DNA of 64,000 bases, taken from assembly GCA_963678065.2 (NCBI GenBank), contig CAXXVZ010000005.1, forward strand, positions 96,001 to 160,000. Reading direction: 5' to 3'. Both the position numbers and the translations under genes were made by a program. Every line of letters begins with the position of its first letter. The stretch's first letter is position 1. Below are positions 7,677 through 18,349 of the stretch, in pieces. The notes beneath the pieces were generated by a model that saw only the letters and a program-made list of their open reading frames with translations, had not been told where the DNA came from and did no database searches. Source of the DNA: Treponemataceae bacterium. Lineage in GTDB: Bacteria; Spirochaetota; Spirochaetia; Treponematales; Rectinemataceae.

Positions 7677-9290
7677 ATGCCTGTCGTCGGGACGAGCGGC
7701 CATGTGGATCACGGCAAGACGACCCTCATCGCAGCCCTGACCGGCGTCGACACAGACCGCTTGCCCGAGGAAAAAGCCCGCGGCATGACCACGGATCTCG
7801 GTTTCGCCCATTTTGCAGACTCGCAGGGCAATCCCGTCGGCATCATCGATGTGCCGGGCCACGAACGGTACATGCGCAACATGTCCGCCGGAGCTTTCGG
7901 CATCGATGGCGCCATCCTCGTCGTCGCCGCGAACGACGGCTGGATGGAACAGACGGGGCGACATCTCCAGATTCTCGAGGCTAACAAGGTTCCAATCCTC
8001 GCTGTCGCCCTGACGAAGGTCGACCTCGTCGCTCCCGACCGCGTGAAGGAAGTCGGCGAGGATATCGCGCGCAGGTTGCATCGTTCGCCCTCGGGGTCGA
8101 TTCCGGGTCCTGCGCAGCCCTCACCGGCGGGAGTAGAGAAGGAACTGCGGCGCCCGGCCGTATGTCCGGTCGACGCCGTGCGTGGCCTGGGTCTCGATGA
8201 ACTGAAATCAGCCGTTCTCGGCGGTCTCTCCCGTCTCGGGCCGCGCCCTTTCCCGACGGGTCCCTTGCTCTTCATCGACCGGGTCTTCCCGCTGAAGGGG
8301 ATTGGCGTTGTCGTCGCGGGGAGTCTTCGGGGCGGTCAGCTGAGGCAGGACGATGAACTCTTCCTCTATCCCTCCGGAGAGAAGCTGAACCTGCGGGGCC
8401 TTCAGGCATACGGACTGCCGGTCAGAGAGGCGCCCGAAGGCTCGCGGGTCGCGCTGGCCCTCTCGCGCCCCCGCGCGGAACCGCGCCGGGGTGACTGCGT
8501 CGCTTCCGCAAAGGCCGGCATCGTGGCAGCGCACTCCGTCTTCTTGCGGACCCGCCCTCCTCAAGGCGAGATGCCGGGTGCCGGCCGCCTGCGCGCCGGC
8601 ATGGAAGTCGAACTGTCAGCGGGCACCGCGAACAGGATCGCGACACTCTACCCATCGCGCGTTCCCGGCGTCCTCCATCTCGCGTGGACAGGAGAGCTCG
8701 CGCTGTACCGCGATGAGACTGTCATCGTATTGCGACATGGAGGCGCCGATATTCTCGCCTCGGGAAACATCGCGGCATTCGGAGGCGACTCGGCTCCCGG
8801 ACGTCGCCGGATCGAAGAGGAGCTGAGACAGAGCCTTCTGCCAACCTCTCCAGAGCTCTCTGTTCCGGCAAAGGGCACGAAGCTGTCCCCGGCAAGGCCT
8901 CTCCAGCGGGAGGTCCCTCCCCTCGCCCCATCGGCCCTCCAGGTACTCGGGCAGCTTCGCTCGGCCGGGGAACCGGGCATCGACGCTGAGACACGGCCTG
9001 TGCCCGGACTTCGCGCGGATCTTTCGGCGCTCTGCGCGCAAAACCTTGCCCTGAGCCTCGATGCGGGCCTGTTCATGGAAACTGGCCGCTACCACATCCT
9101 GACGGCGGCCATCCTCAGAGGGCGCGGGCCAGGCAGCGGCTTCGGCATCAAGGAAGCGAAAGACGCCACCTCGCTGTCGAGAAAATGGATCATTCCGCTC
9201 CTCAATCGCATGGAGAGGGACGGCTATGTCAAACGCGCGGGCGACACGAGAATCGTGACCGGGAAAGCGCCAGGACCTGAATCGGCCTGA
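7677..9290 (+). CDS. selB: Selenocysteine-specific elongation factor SelB (compact, 537 aa)
   Basis: GTSGHVDHGKT, DRLPEEKARGMTTDLGF, DVPGHE, TKVD, IDRVF; C-terminal winged-helix motif LSRKWIIPLL; start ATG 7677. Confidence 0.95.
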   Translation: MPVVGTSGHVDHGKTTLIAALTGVDTDRLPEEKARGMTTDLGFAHFADSQGNPVGIIDVPGHERYMRNMSAGAFGIDGAILVVAANDGWMEQTGRHLQILEANKVPILAVALTKVDLVAPDRVKEVGEDIARRLHRSPSGSIPGPAQPSPAGVEKELRRPAVCPVDAVRGLGLDELKSAVLGGLSRLGPRPFPTGPLLFIDRVFPLKGIGVVVAGSLRGGQLRQDDELFLYPSGEKLNLRGLQAYGLPVREAPEGSRVALALSRPRAEPRRGDCVASAKAGIVAAHSVFLRTRPPQGEMPGAGRLRAGMEVELSAGTANRIATLYPSRVPGVLHLAWTGELALYRDETVIVLRHGGADILASGNIAAFGGDSAPGRRRIEEELRQSLLPTSPELSVPAKGTKLSPARPLQREVPPLAPSALQVLGQLRSAGEPGIDAETRPVPGLRADLSALCAQNLALSLDAGLFMETGRYHILTAAILRGRGPGSGFGIKEAKDATSLSRKWIIPLLNRMERDGYVKRAGDTRIVTGKAPGPESA

Positions 9291-9432
9291 AGTCGACAAC
9301 CTCGCGGCGAACTGCGGAGGTATGAAACCCGTCTGCGAATGAACAACATGTCCAGGCCCTGATTGTCGCGCCGGAGCGCGATATTGTCTCGTTCAGATCG
9401 GGGAATCGGTTTCCATATAGCAGGGAGAAAAA

Positions 9433-9837
9433 ATGAAAAGCATGAAATTTTTGCCAGGCCTCATCGCGGTCGCGTTCATCTCCGCAGGTTTCCCGGGATG
9501 CGCGAAACTCGCGGAGATGAAGGCGATGACGGACAGCATCGGCACTCTCACCATCGGTCGCGTCGATGTTGCGGCTGTGCGGGACGGCGACTACGAAGGG
9601 TCTCAGGACAATGGAGCCGTGACAGCCAGAGTGGCCGTCACGGTGCGGGGAGGAAAAATCACGGCGATAAAGGTGCTGGATCACAGGCACGGGCCGGGAA
9701 AAAACCACGACGCCGGAGCCATATCCGACAAGGTCGTGGCGGAACAGAGTCTTCAGGTCGACGCGATCGCCGGGGCCACCGCCTCGAGCAAAGTAGTGCT
9801 CAAGGCCATCGAAAACGCGCTGACGAAAGGCATATAG
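9433..9837 (+). CDS. FMN-binding (flavinylation-type) domain protein, probable lipoprotein
   Basis: N-terminal hydrophobic stretch ending GFPG-C; DGDYEG, VTVRGGKITAIKV, VDAIAGATASS motif. Confidence 0.85.
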   Translation: MKSMKFLPGLIAVAFISAGFPGCAKLAEMKAMTDSIGTLTIGRVDVAAVRDGDYEGSQDNGAVTARVAVTVRGGKITAIKVLDHRHGPGKNHDAGAISDKVVAEQSLQVDAIAGATASSKVVLKAIENALTKGI

Positions 9838-9973
9838 ACGCTGACTGCTCTGGCCGCTCTCTCCGCCCGCCGCGCCGACTGAAGATCCTCCCGCGAGCTC
9901 TCAGGTCCAAAAGGTCCGAAGGGCCAGGCTGCCCGAACAAAGACCGGCGCAGCCGCATCGCGGGCCTTTCCCC

Positions 9974-11908
9974 TTACTTTAGGACCGATCTGGCCACCCT
10001 GAATCCGATAGTCCGGTCGTTGTTGAGCGGATTGTGATAGTTGCGGAAGGGGACGCGGGCGAAATCGGGCAGACGGTTCCATCCTCCTCCCCTCTTGACT
10101 CTCATGGTTCCGCTTGCCGGTCCCTTGGGATCCACCAGCGGTTTCCCTGTCAACGCAGGATAGATTCCATACCAGTCGTGACACCATTCCCACACATTCC
10201 CCGTCATGTCGAAGAGTCCGAGCCCATTGGCGGCCCTTGTGCCGACAGGCTTGGTTCCGCCGCCGGAATTCCGTGAGTTCCAGGACACAGCGTCGGCATC
10301 GTCCGAGCCTGAATACTTCAGCACGACAGAGCCGGGAAGAGTGCCGATCAGCCCGCCCCGTGCGGCGAATTCCCATTCGGCCTCGGTGGGCAGGCGGTAG
10401 CCGGGTTTGGAAAAATCGGCGGCGACGGTGGTCCCGGACACCGAGTAGACCCGCGGCAGGCCCGCGAGATCCGAGAGCGCGTTGCAGTAGCCGACGGCGT
10501 TGAACCAGCTCACCTGCTCCACAGGTCTGGAATCCGCCTCGATGCCATTCTTGAAGAAGCTCGGGTTGGACCCCATGATGCTCCTGTATTGGGCCTGCGT
10601 AACTTCGTTCCTGCCGATGTAGAACGCAAGGAGCGTCACGGGATGAACTGGCTTTTCGTCGGATTCGCCTGAGGCGGAACCCATGTTGAAAGTGCCCCCC
10701 TGGACCAACACCATTTCAGGAGTATCGACGAAGGTGTAGGAGACGACCGTGGCCGGGGAATCCTTCCAGCCCGGCTTGCCCGCGATAGCTGTTATCGTGA
10801 CCGAGCCCTTTGCCTGGAAGGGCGACGAGTACAGGTTCCCCCGCGAGGACGAGGGGAGGCTGCCGTCCATGGTATAGCGGATCACCGCTCCCGGAGTGGC
10901 ACAGGACATCGACACGGTGCGGTCAGGCGTATATGTCCCCGCGGCCGGCGAGACAAGGGGGGACGCGACCGTCCCCGTGATGACGAACTCTCCGACGGCG
11001 ACGGACGATATCCGGGAATCGGCCCCGACAGCGACCGCTTTGACGGTTTTCGTGCTTTCGATCCTGAAAGGAGCGGAGTAAACCGTCCCGGTTCCAGCCC
11101 CCGGTTCGCTCCCGTCAGTCGTGTAGCGGATACCCACAACGTCAGAGGCGGCTGCGAGGCTCACCGTGACAGCTTCCTGGAAGGTACCCGGCTCCGGGCT
11201 GAAGCGGGGAAGTGATGGAGGGAGGGCCACCGGCATCCCGGCCACCGGAGAGGCCGGAGCGGCAGCTGTCGCCGGATTCCGGGATGCCTGGACTTCCGCC
11301 TCGTCGTCGAAATTCTTCGACGAAACGCTCGATTCTTTCCATCCCGATCTGAAGGCTATGGCCTTCATGGTCATCCCCTTCTTCACGATCGCGGGTATCC
11401 CGGCGTACTCCATCCCGTAGACGGGGGTCGGTTCCGATCCGTCCAGCGTGTATCGGATCCTGGCTTCAGGTGTCGCGGTGCTGAGCTTCACCATGGTCGT
11501 ACCCGCCGGGGGAGTCGCATCCAGAGACTTTTCGATGCCCGGGGCCGCCACGGTTCCCGTGACGACATAGGTCGCGCTGACAATGTCGCTGGGCTTGCCG
11601 GAGGCGGGGACTGCGATGGCCCTGATAGTCTGGGATTTGTTCACGGGAATCGGCTTCATGTAGGTCTGGCTCTTCGTGCCTTCCTGGGCCGATGGCTCGC
11701 TGCCGTCCACGGTGTAGTAAATTTTTGCCGCCGGATCGGCGGGAAGCAGCTCGACCTTCTGCGGGCTGGTGTACGTTCCGTTTGCGGGCTTGAAGGAAAC
11801 GGCGGGAGGGGCGTCCTTCCCTCCCTTCGCCGTCGCGCAGCCCGCGAGCAGGGCGGCGAGGGCCAGGATAGCTATAAAAGAAAGAGTGGTATTCTTGCGA
11901 TGCGTCAT
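9974..11908 (-). CDS. Lipoprotein with four chitobiase/Fn3-associated repeats and a C-terminal SUMF1/FGE-sulfatase-like domain
   Basis: Lipobox LLAG-C; four Y-T-x-DGS-x-P repeats; EVTQAQY, RLPTEAEWEFAARGG, GLFDMTGNVWEW, GFRVAR; RBS GAGGA before ATG 11908. Confidence 0.85.
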   Translation of the reverse strand: MTHRKNTTLSFIAILALAALLAGCATAKGGKDAPPAVSFKPANGTYTSPQKVELLPADPAAKIYYTVDGSEPSAQEGTKSQTYMKPIPVNKSQTIRAIAVPASGKPSDIVSATYVVTGTVAAPGIEKSLDATPPAGTTMVKLSTATPEARIRYTLDGSEPTPVYGMEYAGIPAIVKKGMTMKAIAFRSGWKESSVSSKNFDDEAEVQASRNPATAAAPASPVAGMPVALPPSLPRFSPEPGTFQEAVTVSLAAASDVVGIRYTTDGSEPGAGTGTVYSAPFRIESTKTVKAVAVGADSRISSVAVGEFVITGTVASPLVSPAAGTYTPDRTVSMSCATPGAVIRYTMDGSLPSSSRGNLYSSPFQAKGSVTITAIAGKPGWKDSPATVVSYTFVDTPEMVLVQGGTFNMGSASGESDEKPVHPVTLLAFYIGRNEVTQAQYRSIMGSNPSFFKNGIEADSRPVEQVSWFNAVGYCNALSDLAGLPRVYSVSGTTVAADFSKPGYRLPTEAEWEFAARGGLIGTLPGSVVLKYSGSDDADAVSWNSRNSGGGTKPVGTRAANGLGLFDMTGNVWEWCHDWYGIYPALTGKPLVDPKGPASGTMRVKRGGGWNRLPDFARVPFRNYHNPLNNDRTIGFRVARSVLK

Positions 11909-11983
11909 GGTGTGATCCTCCGGTTTCTTTTCCATTGTAGCTTCTTCGGAGCGGCACTCAAGAGAGTGTAACGGAAAATCGAC

Positions 11984-12019
11984 AAAAAACCCCGGAATCC
12001 CTTGTGCGCGGACTCCGGG
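11984..12019 (-). terminator. Rho-independent terminator downstream of argF
   Basis: Minus strand CCCGGAGTCC-loop-GGATTCCGGG followed by GTTTTTT. Confidence 0.65.
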
Positions 12020-12118
12020 GCATATGGTTTTGACAGTCAGGAAGGTTATCCGTCCTGAACCCTGGCGGCGCACCCTGGCGGCGCGCCCCAGAACGGAGGG
12101 ACGGCGCCCCATAGAGTC

Positions 12119-13120
12119 TTAGAGGTCGCCTATCGTGGCCACCATCACCGCCTTGATCGTGTGGAGTCTGTTCTCGGCCTCGTCGAACACGACGGAGTTC
12201 TTCGAGCGGAAAACCTCGTCGGCGACTTCCATCTCTTTGAGCCCGTGCTTCTCGTAGGTCTCGCGGCCGACCGCGGTCTCGAGGTCATGGAAGGCGGGCA
12301 GGCAGTGCAGGAAAATACAGTCCGGGTTGCCGGTCTTCTTCATGAATTCGGCGGAGATACGGTACTTCTCGAGCTGGGCGATGCGCTCGGCGAACTTCGC
12401 CTCCTCGCCCATGGAGACCCAGACGTCGGTGTACAGGGCATCGGCGCCGGCGAGGGCCTTGTCGGCATCCTCGATGGAAAAAAATTCGATCTTCGCGCCT
12501 GTCCCGGCGGCGATGGCCCTCATCTCGGCGGTGAGTTTCTCGTTCGGCCAGAGCTCCTTCGGCGCGAGGGCGACGAAGTGCAGGCCCATCTTGGCCGAGC
12601 CGATCATGAGGGCATTGCCCATATTGTTGCGGGCGTCGCCGCAGTAGACCATTTTCACTTTGTTCAGGGGCTTGGCCACATGCTCCTCGATGGTGAGGAG
12701 GTCGGCGAGAATCTGCGTGGGGTGGTCTTCATCGGTGAGGCCGTTCCAGACGGGGACACCGGAGTACTTCGCGAGGTCCTCCACAAGTTTCTGGGAGAAG
12801 CCGCGGTACTGGATGCCGTCATACATGCGGCCGAGCACCTTCGCGGTGTCCTCGACGGATTCCTTCTTGCCCATCTGGCTGTTGGTGAGGAAGGTAGCGT
12901 TTCCGCCTTCGTCCCAGCACGCGGTCTCGAAGGCGCAGCGCGTCCTCGTGGAGGCTTTGTCGAAAATGAGGACGATATTCTTGCGGTACAAGAGGTCGCC
13001 CTTCACACCTGAGCGCTTCTTGGCCTTGAGATCGCGGGAGAGGTCGAGAAGATAGCGGATTTCCTCGGGACTGAAATCCTTGAGCGTCAGGAAACTGCGC
13101 CCCCTGAGATTTACGGGCAT
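12119..13120 (-). CDS. argF: Ornithine carbamoyltransferase
   Basis: [35 protein letters not shown] and ENRLHTIK motifs; RBS GGAGG. Confidence 0.95.
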   Translation of the reverse strand: MPVNLRGRSFLTLKDFSPEEIRYLLDLSRDLKAKKRSGVKGDLLYRKNIVLIFDKASTRTRCAFETACWDEGGNATFLTNSQMGKKESVEDTAKVLGRMYDGIQYRGFSQKLVEDLAKYSGVPVWNGLTDEDHPTQILADLLTIEEHVAKPLNKVKMVYCGDARNNMGNALMIGSAKMGLHFVALAPKELWPNEKLTAEMRAIAAGTGAKIEFFSIEDADKALAGADALYTDVWVSMGEEAKFAERIAQLEKYRISAEFMKKTGNPDCIFLHCLPAFHDLETAVGRETYEKHGLKEMEVADEVFRSKNSVVFDEAENRLHTIKAVMVATIGDL

Positions 13121-13266
13121 GGGAAACCTCCTGTGATTCTGGAAAAATGCGCTGCACGCATTCGCGGATGACGATCGTGCCGGGAAAGGTTGGCATCCTT
13201 TTCCGGCACGGAATCGATGATATCCGAGGCTTTCCAAAAAAACCAGTACATGCTCAAGGCGGAGGC

Positions 13267-16200
13267 TCAGGGCTCCCGGACGAGGATGAACTCGACCCTT
13301 CTGTTCTTCCAGCGCGTGGCAGGGTCTTTCGGGTCGACGGCGGGCAGCGAGGAGCCCAGACCCGCGACAGTGAAGCGCCTCGAGTCGAAGCCGCGCGCCA
13401 CGAGGAGGTCGCGGATAAAGCTCGCCCGCGCAAGGGAGAGGGGGACAATCTCGCCCTTCTCTTCCGCCTCGACCTTGTCGGCCGGGAGTCCGTTGATCTT
13501 CCCCTCATTGTTCGCGTGTCCCTCGATGCGGATGCGGTAGTCGGGGAAGCGGGAGAGTATCTGGACGAGACGGGAGAGCACCTTCTGGTTCCTGGCCTCC
13601 GACTGGGGCGCGAGCCCGGAAAAATCGGCCAGGGAGGCGCGGAACTCGATGGAAGGGATGTTGATCCTGATCCGCGAACCTTCTCGCACGACGAGGACAT
13701 CGACGGCGATGATCCCGCTCACGACGACCTGCTTGCCGGCAAAATCGCGGATGCGCATGCGGAAAGGATAGTCGCTCGCGGCCTCCACTTTTTCTCCGCC
13801 GGGATTTTTTCCATCCCAGGTTATGGACACGGGAGGGGCGCCGTTGCCGCTCCAGACTCGGAAAAGCCTCTCGCGTGTCTCGCGGGAATCGGGAAGCCCC
13901 TCGCCTGAGGCGGACTCGAGGACTTCGAGTCTCCAGGATGCGACGCGCGAAGGATCGTCCACCGTGACAAGAAAGGTGACCATGTCCTTGATACCGTCGC
14001 CGTCGGGGCTGAAGAAGTCCGGCAGGACGATAACTTCCAGTTTCGGAGCCGCCTCCTCGACGAGGATGGTCCCGCTCGATGCCTGTGCGATATCGCCTTT
14101 CAGATACACGACCGCGAGTCGCCCGAATACCTGCCCCCGGACGACCGCCCCCGTTTCGTCCCGCCCGTCCCAGACGAGGCGGCCGGGAACATCGCCTCCG
14201 GAGCGCCTGAAAAATATTTTTTCCGACTTGTCGGCGGCCACGATGGAGAAACTCCACGACATGATCCTGGAGTTCCTGTCGACGATCAGCGTGAAGCCCA
14301 CTTCGTCCATGAATCCATCGCCGTCGGGCGAAATGGAACTCGCATCCGCCTTGACGAAGACCTTGGGTTTGTTCGTGTCGAGGGAGAATTCCACTGTCCG
14401 CGACTCGCACTGATCTCCATTCGGGTAGGAGACCGTGATTTTTGCCGCGTAGTCTCCGTTCGCGGCCTTGGCGCCTGAATCCGCAATTCCGTTCCAGATA
14501 ATCGACTTCGGGACTTCTCCCTTCCCCGCGAAACTGCGGACCCGAAGCGATTTCGCCATTTCCGGACTCGATCCTTGAGCGGGGGTCGACGGGAGGGCGA
14601 GCACTTCGAGCGCGTAGGATGAGGATTTCACTCTGCTTGTCGTCGTTATCCCGAAATTCACCGTATCGCCCACTCCGTCGCCGTCCGGGCTGAAAACGCT
14701 CGGTCCTACGGAAAGCGATACGGCCTTCCTGTCCGTATCGATCGCCACTTGTATGGGGCGGGAGACATATGAGTGCCCTGCGGCGTCGCTGCCTTTCAAG
14801 CGGTAATCATAGCTCCCGTCGGCCAGTCTCATTCCTCCGGAATCACTCCCGTCCCACTCGAGGAAGGATGGAAGCTTCGCGCCGAAATCCCAGACTCTCA
14901 GAAGAAGACCATCGGAGTTCGACAATTCGCCCTTCCAGAGATCTCCGGCCGTTCCCGTCTGGGTGAAGCGCACCCGGCTTCCCGCCCCGGGAACCGAAGG
15001 GTTGATAGCCTGCCTGTCTGCCTGGATGAAGGCTTCCGGCGGGCTGGTATCGAGGGAGAACCAGGGCGAGGAGGCCTCCCCCGCGAACCCGTTGCGGAGG
15101 GAGAAAACGAGAGTCGCGCGGTAGCGCCCATCTTCCCAGGCCTTCCCTGTGGCGGGATACTTTCCGTCCAAGGTGATTTTTTCCGGCAAGGGCTCGCCGG
15201 TCTTGCCTTCCTGTCTGCGAACTACCGTTCCCGCCGCGTTCCGGACTGTGATGGACCAGACAGAGGGGAGGACGGCGGGGACGAGGCGGGGCAAAAGGTT
15301 TATCGTCTCGAGAATGCCATCCCCGTCCGGACTGAAAATATCCGGATCGCAGAGGAGGCTCCCGACAGGCCGCGAAAGGTCGACGACAAAACTCCCGGAG
15401 AGGGCGGTCGCCACATTTCCGGCCTCATCCATGCCTGAAAGCTCGAGCCGATACTCGCCTTCGGGCACGACGGCTCCCGAGTCGTCCTTTCCGTCCCAGA
15501 GGAATGATGGGGGGGGAAGTCCCTGAAAACTCCGCGAGAAAAAGGCTTTCCCGCCCACGTCGAGCGCGCGCAGCCTCCACTGACTTCCTCCGCCCGCGGC
15601 TATCGAAAACGCGATAGTATCCTTCTGCCCATCCCCGTCCGGACTGAAAACGGGTATCGCATCGACGATGGAGATCTTCGCTTCGGGCGGGCTCGTGTCG
15701 ACCTGAAACACGGGACTGTAGACGACGAGCTTGTAGCCGTTGCCGTATTCGAGGCTCAGAGCCGCGCGGTAGCTGCCATCGGGGAGAGGATCGCCCTTGC
15801 CCGTCCTTCCCTCGAAGGCGAAGGCCTGTCCCGCCGCGAGCCTGGCCCGGTCCTGCGTGGACCAGAGCTCGAAACCGGAGTCGTCGAGAACGGAAATCCT
15901 GAACTCCGCGAGATCCCCGTCCGATTCGAGCCAAGGTCGAATGGCAAGAGAATCCTTCACCCCATCGCCGTTGGGACTGAAAACGAGGCTGTCGATGTCC
16001 AGTGTCGCCTTGGGGCTGCGGGTATCGATCCTGATCCCCTCCAGGGTCCTGGACGCCGAATTGCCCGCTCTGTCCCTGCCCGAGAGCCGCGCCGAATACA
16101 GGCCGTCCGGGAGGGTCGTGCCCGAGCCGTCCCTTCCTTTCCAGACAAAGTCCGCAGGAACAGAGTCGGCCCATCCTTCCGAAGCCACGACAACCCCGGA

Positions 16201-17721
16201 GGAATCGAAGATCTCCAGTTTCCACGTGGCTTCTTTCGAGCCTGCCGCGTGCAGGACGAGACTGTCCTTCCGTCCATCGCCGTCGGGGCTGAAGACCCCG
16301 TCTCCCTCGTACGAGAACGCGATCTCGGGCGGCCTTCGGTCAATGATCACCGCGAGGAAGCCTTCGTAGTCGCGTATCCATGGGCCGTCTATGGCGCGAT
16401 AGATGAATCCCGCGATGTATTCGCCGTCGGGCGCCGCCTGCGTCGCAGGCCTCTTTGCTTCGACCGTCGCCGTCGCTCCCTGTCGAAGCGCGGCCTTTGC
16501 TCCGCCGGTCAGTGTTCCGTCCCAGATGAGGCTCCGGGGCAGGTCGATCCCCGCGTGGACCAGGGCGAGTGTGTCGCCGGCGGGCCTCATTTTCTGCATG
16601 GAGTCGGGATGGTTGTGCGCGATCTCGGCGATGTGGACGAGAGTGCCTGAGTTTTTCTCCCGTACACAGAACTCCAGCGCGCCCGCGTTCAGGGAATGCG
16701 TCGCCGTAAGCGGTATTTCGAGCCTGTCCTGAATCCCGTCGCCATTCGGGGAGATGAAGACAGAAGATGTCTTGTCCGACATCTCCGGCCTGATCGCGAC
16801 CGAAGAACCCCACGCGTAGGAGAGTGATCCGGCGACCGCGGAGAGCTGTCCGTAAAGGGGCTCGTAAGCCACCCTGGTCGAAATTCGCGCGGGCGAGGAT
16901 TCGGGAAGGGCCGATCCTGCGGCGGGGCGCCCGAGAGGGATGGAGGCCGAGAGGCTCAAAGAAGGCAGAAGGCTCCGCTTCGTTCCCGCGCTGCAGTCCT
17001 TCCAGCCGATATCCCAGCCTGCGAGCAGACTGAAACCTTCTCCGAACGCCATGTCGAGCGAAGAGAAGAGTCCGATGTCAGTCAATCCGGGGGCAACAAT
17101 GCCGAGCCCGAGTCCCATCCTGAATCCTTCCCGTCGCACGAGGAGGCTGTGCATGGCGAGTTTCGCGCTCACCACTGGGTCGATACCGATCTTGGGCATG
17201 CTGCGGTACATGCCCAGGGCAGGAAGAGGAATTCCGCCCGATACGCCCAATCCTGAAAGGGAGAATCCCCAGGAAAACTCCTTGAGGAACCCCAGATCGC
17301 CCGCGAAGTGCTCGATCCCCAGGTCCAAAGCCAGGTTCCAGCCCAGGCCCCCATTGTCTCCGATGGCTCCCGAGAGTCCCGCACCGGCGGAAAATCCGGG
17401 ACCGAGGGGGGCAGCGTAGCCGATGCGCGCCGAGCCGAAGGTTCCGAGAGGCAGGTCAGTCATGGAGGCGGGAAGATTGAGATAACGGAGAGAGAGCCCG
17501 AAGCTTCCCTTTTCGCCGCGCAGGCTGTAGGCGAGGGAAGCGACCTGACCGAAACCCTGTGCGCCCGATCCGAAATCGGTCAGGCCGTCGAAGTCGAGGC
17601 TGAGGCTCTGGAAGGGTACAGTCTTCTCAGCCTTCGCGCTCTGGGCTTCCGCGCCGGAGACCGCGAAGGCGATGAGGATGAGCGAGACGAAAAAGGCGTG
17701 AAATGGAATCTCCTTTGACAT
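13267..17721 (-). CDS. Large outer-envelope protein with FlgD-Ig-like repeats and a C-terminal OmpA-like peptidoglycan-binding domain (1484 aa)
   Basis: Signal peptide; eight (F/I)SPxGDG repeats plus WDG motifs; C-terminal IRIEGHAN...LSLARA...NRRVEF. Confidence 0.85.
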   Translation of the reverse strand: MSKEIPFHAFFVSLILIAFAVSGAEAQSAKAEKTVPFQSLSLDFDGLTDFGSGAQGFGQVASLAYSLRGEKGSFGLSLRYLNLPASMTDLPLGTFGSARIGYAAPLGPGFSAGAGLSGAIGDNGGLGWNLALDLGIEHFAGDLGFLKEFSWGFSLSGLGVSGGIPLPALGMYRSMPKIGIDPVVSAKLAMHSLLVRREGFRMGLGLGIVAPGLTDIGLFSSLDMAFGEGFSLLAGWDIGWKDCSAGTKRSLLPSLSLSASIPLGRPAAGSALPESSPARISTRVAYEPLYGQLSAVAGSLSYAWGSSVAIRPEMSDKTSSVFISPNGDGIQDRLEIPLTATHSLNAGALEFCVREKNSGTLVHIAEIAHNHPDSMQKMRPAGDTLALVHAGIDLPRSLIWDGTLTGGAKAALRQGATATVEAKRPATQAAPDGEYIAGFIYRAIDGPWIRDYEGFLAVIIDRRPPEIAFSYEGDGVFSPDGDGRKDSLVLHAAGSKEATWKLEIFDSSGVVVASEGWADSVPADFVWKGRDGSGTTLPDGLYSARLSGRDRAGNSASRTLEGIRIDTRSPKATLDIDSLVFSPNGDGVKDSLAIRPWLESDGDLAEFRISVLDDSGFELWSTQDRARLAAGQAFAFEGRTGKGDPLPDGSYRAALSLEYGNGYKLVVYSPVFQVDTSPPEAKISIVDAIPVFSPDGDGQKDTIAFSIAAGGGSQWRLRALDVGGKAFFSRSFQGLPPPSFLWDGKDDSGAVVPEGEYRLELSGMDEAGNVATALSGSFVVDLSRPVGSLLCDPDIFSPDGDGILETINLLPRLVPAVLPSVWSITVRNAAGTVVRRQEGKTGEPLPEKITLDGKYPATGKAWEDGRYRATLVFSLRNGFAGEASSPWFSLDTSPPEAFIQADRQAINPSVPGAGSRVRFTQTGTAGDLWKGELSNSDGLLLRVWDFGAKLPSFLEWDGSDSGGMRLADGSYDYRLKGSDAAGHSYVSRPIQVAIDTDRKAVSLSVGPSVFSPDGDGVGDTVNFGITTTSRVKSSSYALEVLALPSTPAQGSSPEMAKSLRVRSFAGKGEVPKSIIWNGIADSGAKAANGDYAAKITVSYPNGDQCESRTVEFSLDTNKPKVFVKADASSISPDGDGFMDEVGFTLIVDRNSRIMSWSFSIVAADKSEKIFFRRSGGDVPGRLVWDGRDETGAVVRGQVFGRLAVVYLKGDIAQASSGTILVEEAAPKLEVIVLPDFFSPDGDGIKDMVTFLVTVDDPSRVASWRLEVLESASGEGLPDSRETRERLFRVWSGNGAPPVSITWDGKNPGGEKVEAASDYPFRMRIRDFAGKQVVVSGIIAVDVLVVREGSRIRINIPSIEFRASLADFSGLAPQSEARNQKVLSRLVQILSRFPDYRIRIEGHANNEGKINGLPADKVEAEEKGEIVPLSLARASFIRDLLVARGFDSRRFTVAGLGSSLPAVDPKDPATRWKNRRVEFILVREP

Positions 17722-17837
17722 CTGCGGTACCCGTCCCGGATTTCTGTATAATTCCAGTATCGGACGAAAATCCTGCGAATAAAAGGGCCGAAACAAAAGA
17801 GTCGCGGCCTGAAGCGGATCGGTCACCGCTTCACGGG

Positions 17838-18275
17838 TCACCGCTCCACGGGGATGACACCTTTCTTTATGATGATATTCGCGTACTTGACCGTCTCTCC
17901 CGTCATGACGACGGCGAAGGCCTTTCGGGTCCGCTCGTAAAAAGCGAATCGCTCGATGCGCGCGATCGCCGGGGCGTCGGGCCAATGCCGGTCTATTGCG
18001 GCCCGGAAGGAAAGCTCGACAGCGGGGTCGAGGGTATCGCCTGAAGCCGGCGCCATCATGACAAAGGGCGCATCGGAGTAGGAATCGGGGTTGATGAGAG
18101 AGAGAATGCCGTCGAGCAATGCGGGAACGCGCAGGCCGTCGGCGCGGATTACCCTCTGGTTGCAGCTGTCGCCGGGAAAAAACGCGTCGGCGAGGACGAT
18201 CTCGTCGCCGTGCCCCATACGGGCGAGAACGACCAGGAGTTCAGGGGAGATCAGGGGAGAAATTCCGATGAGCAT
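17838..18275 (-). CDS. fucU: L-fucose mutarotase (RbsD/FucU family)
   Basis: [36 protein letters not shown]. Confidence 0.9.
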   Translation of the reverse strand: MLIGISPLISPELLVVLARMGHGDEIVLADAFFPGDSCNQRVIRADGLRVPALLDGILSLINPDSYSDAPFVMMAPASGDTLDPAVELSFRAAIDRHWPDAPAIARIERFAFYERTRKAFAVVMTGETVKYANIIIKKGVIPVER

Positions 18276-18349
18276 AGGACTACTCCTTGACCGGGGCAGC
18301 CCTTCCGCTCCGCGAGCCCGGTCCTCCCGCGATGGATTCCAGATAGGCT

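Noticed and set aside
7670..7679. selA UGA readthrough into selB
   Set aside because: selA and selB are in different frames.
12040..12110. GC-rich structure with repeated CCCTGGCGGCGC downstream of argF as a riboswitch or ncRNA
   Set aside because: No recognisable aptamer or SRP consensus; it lies between a stop codon and a terminator.
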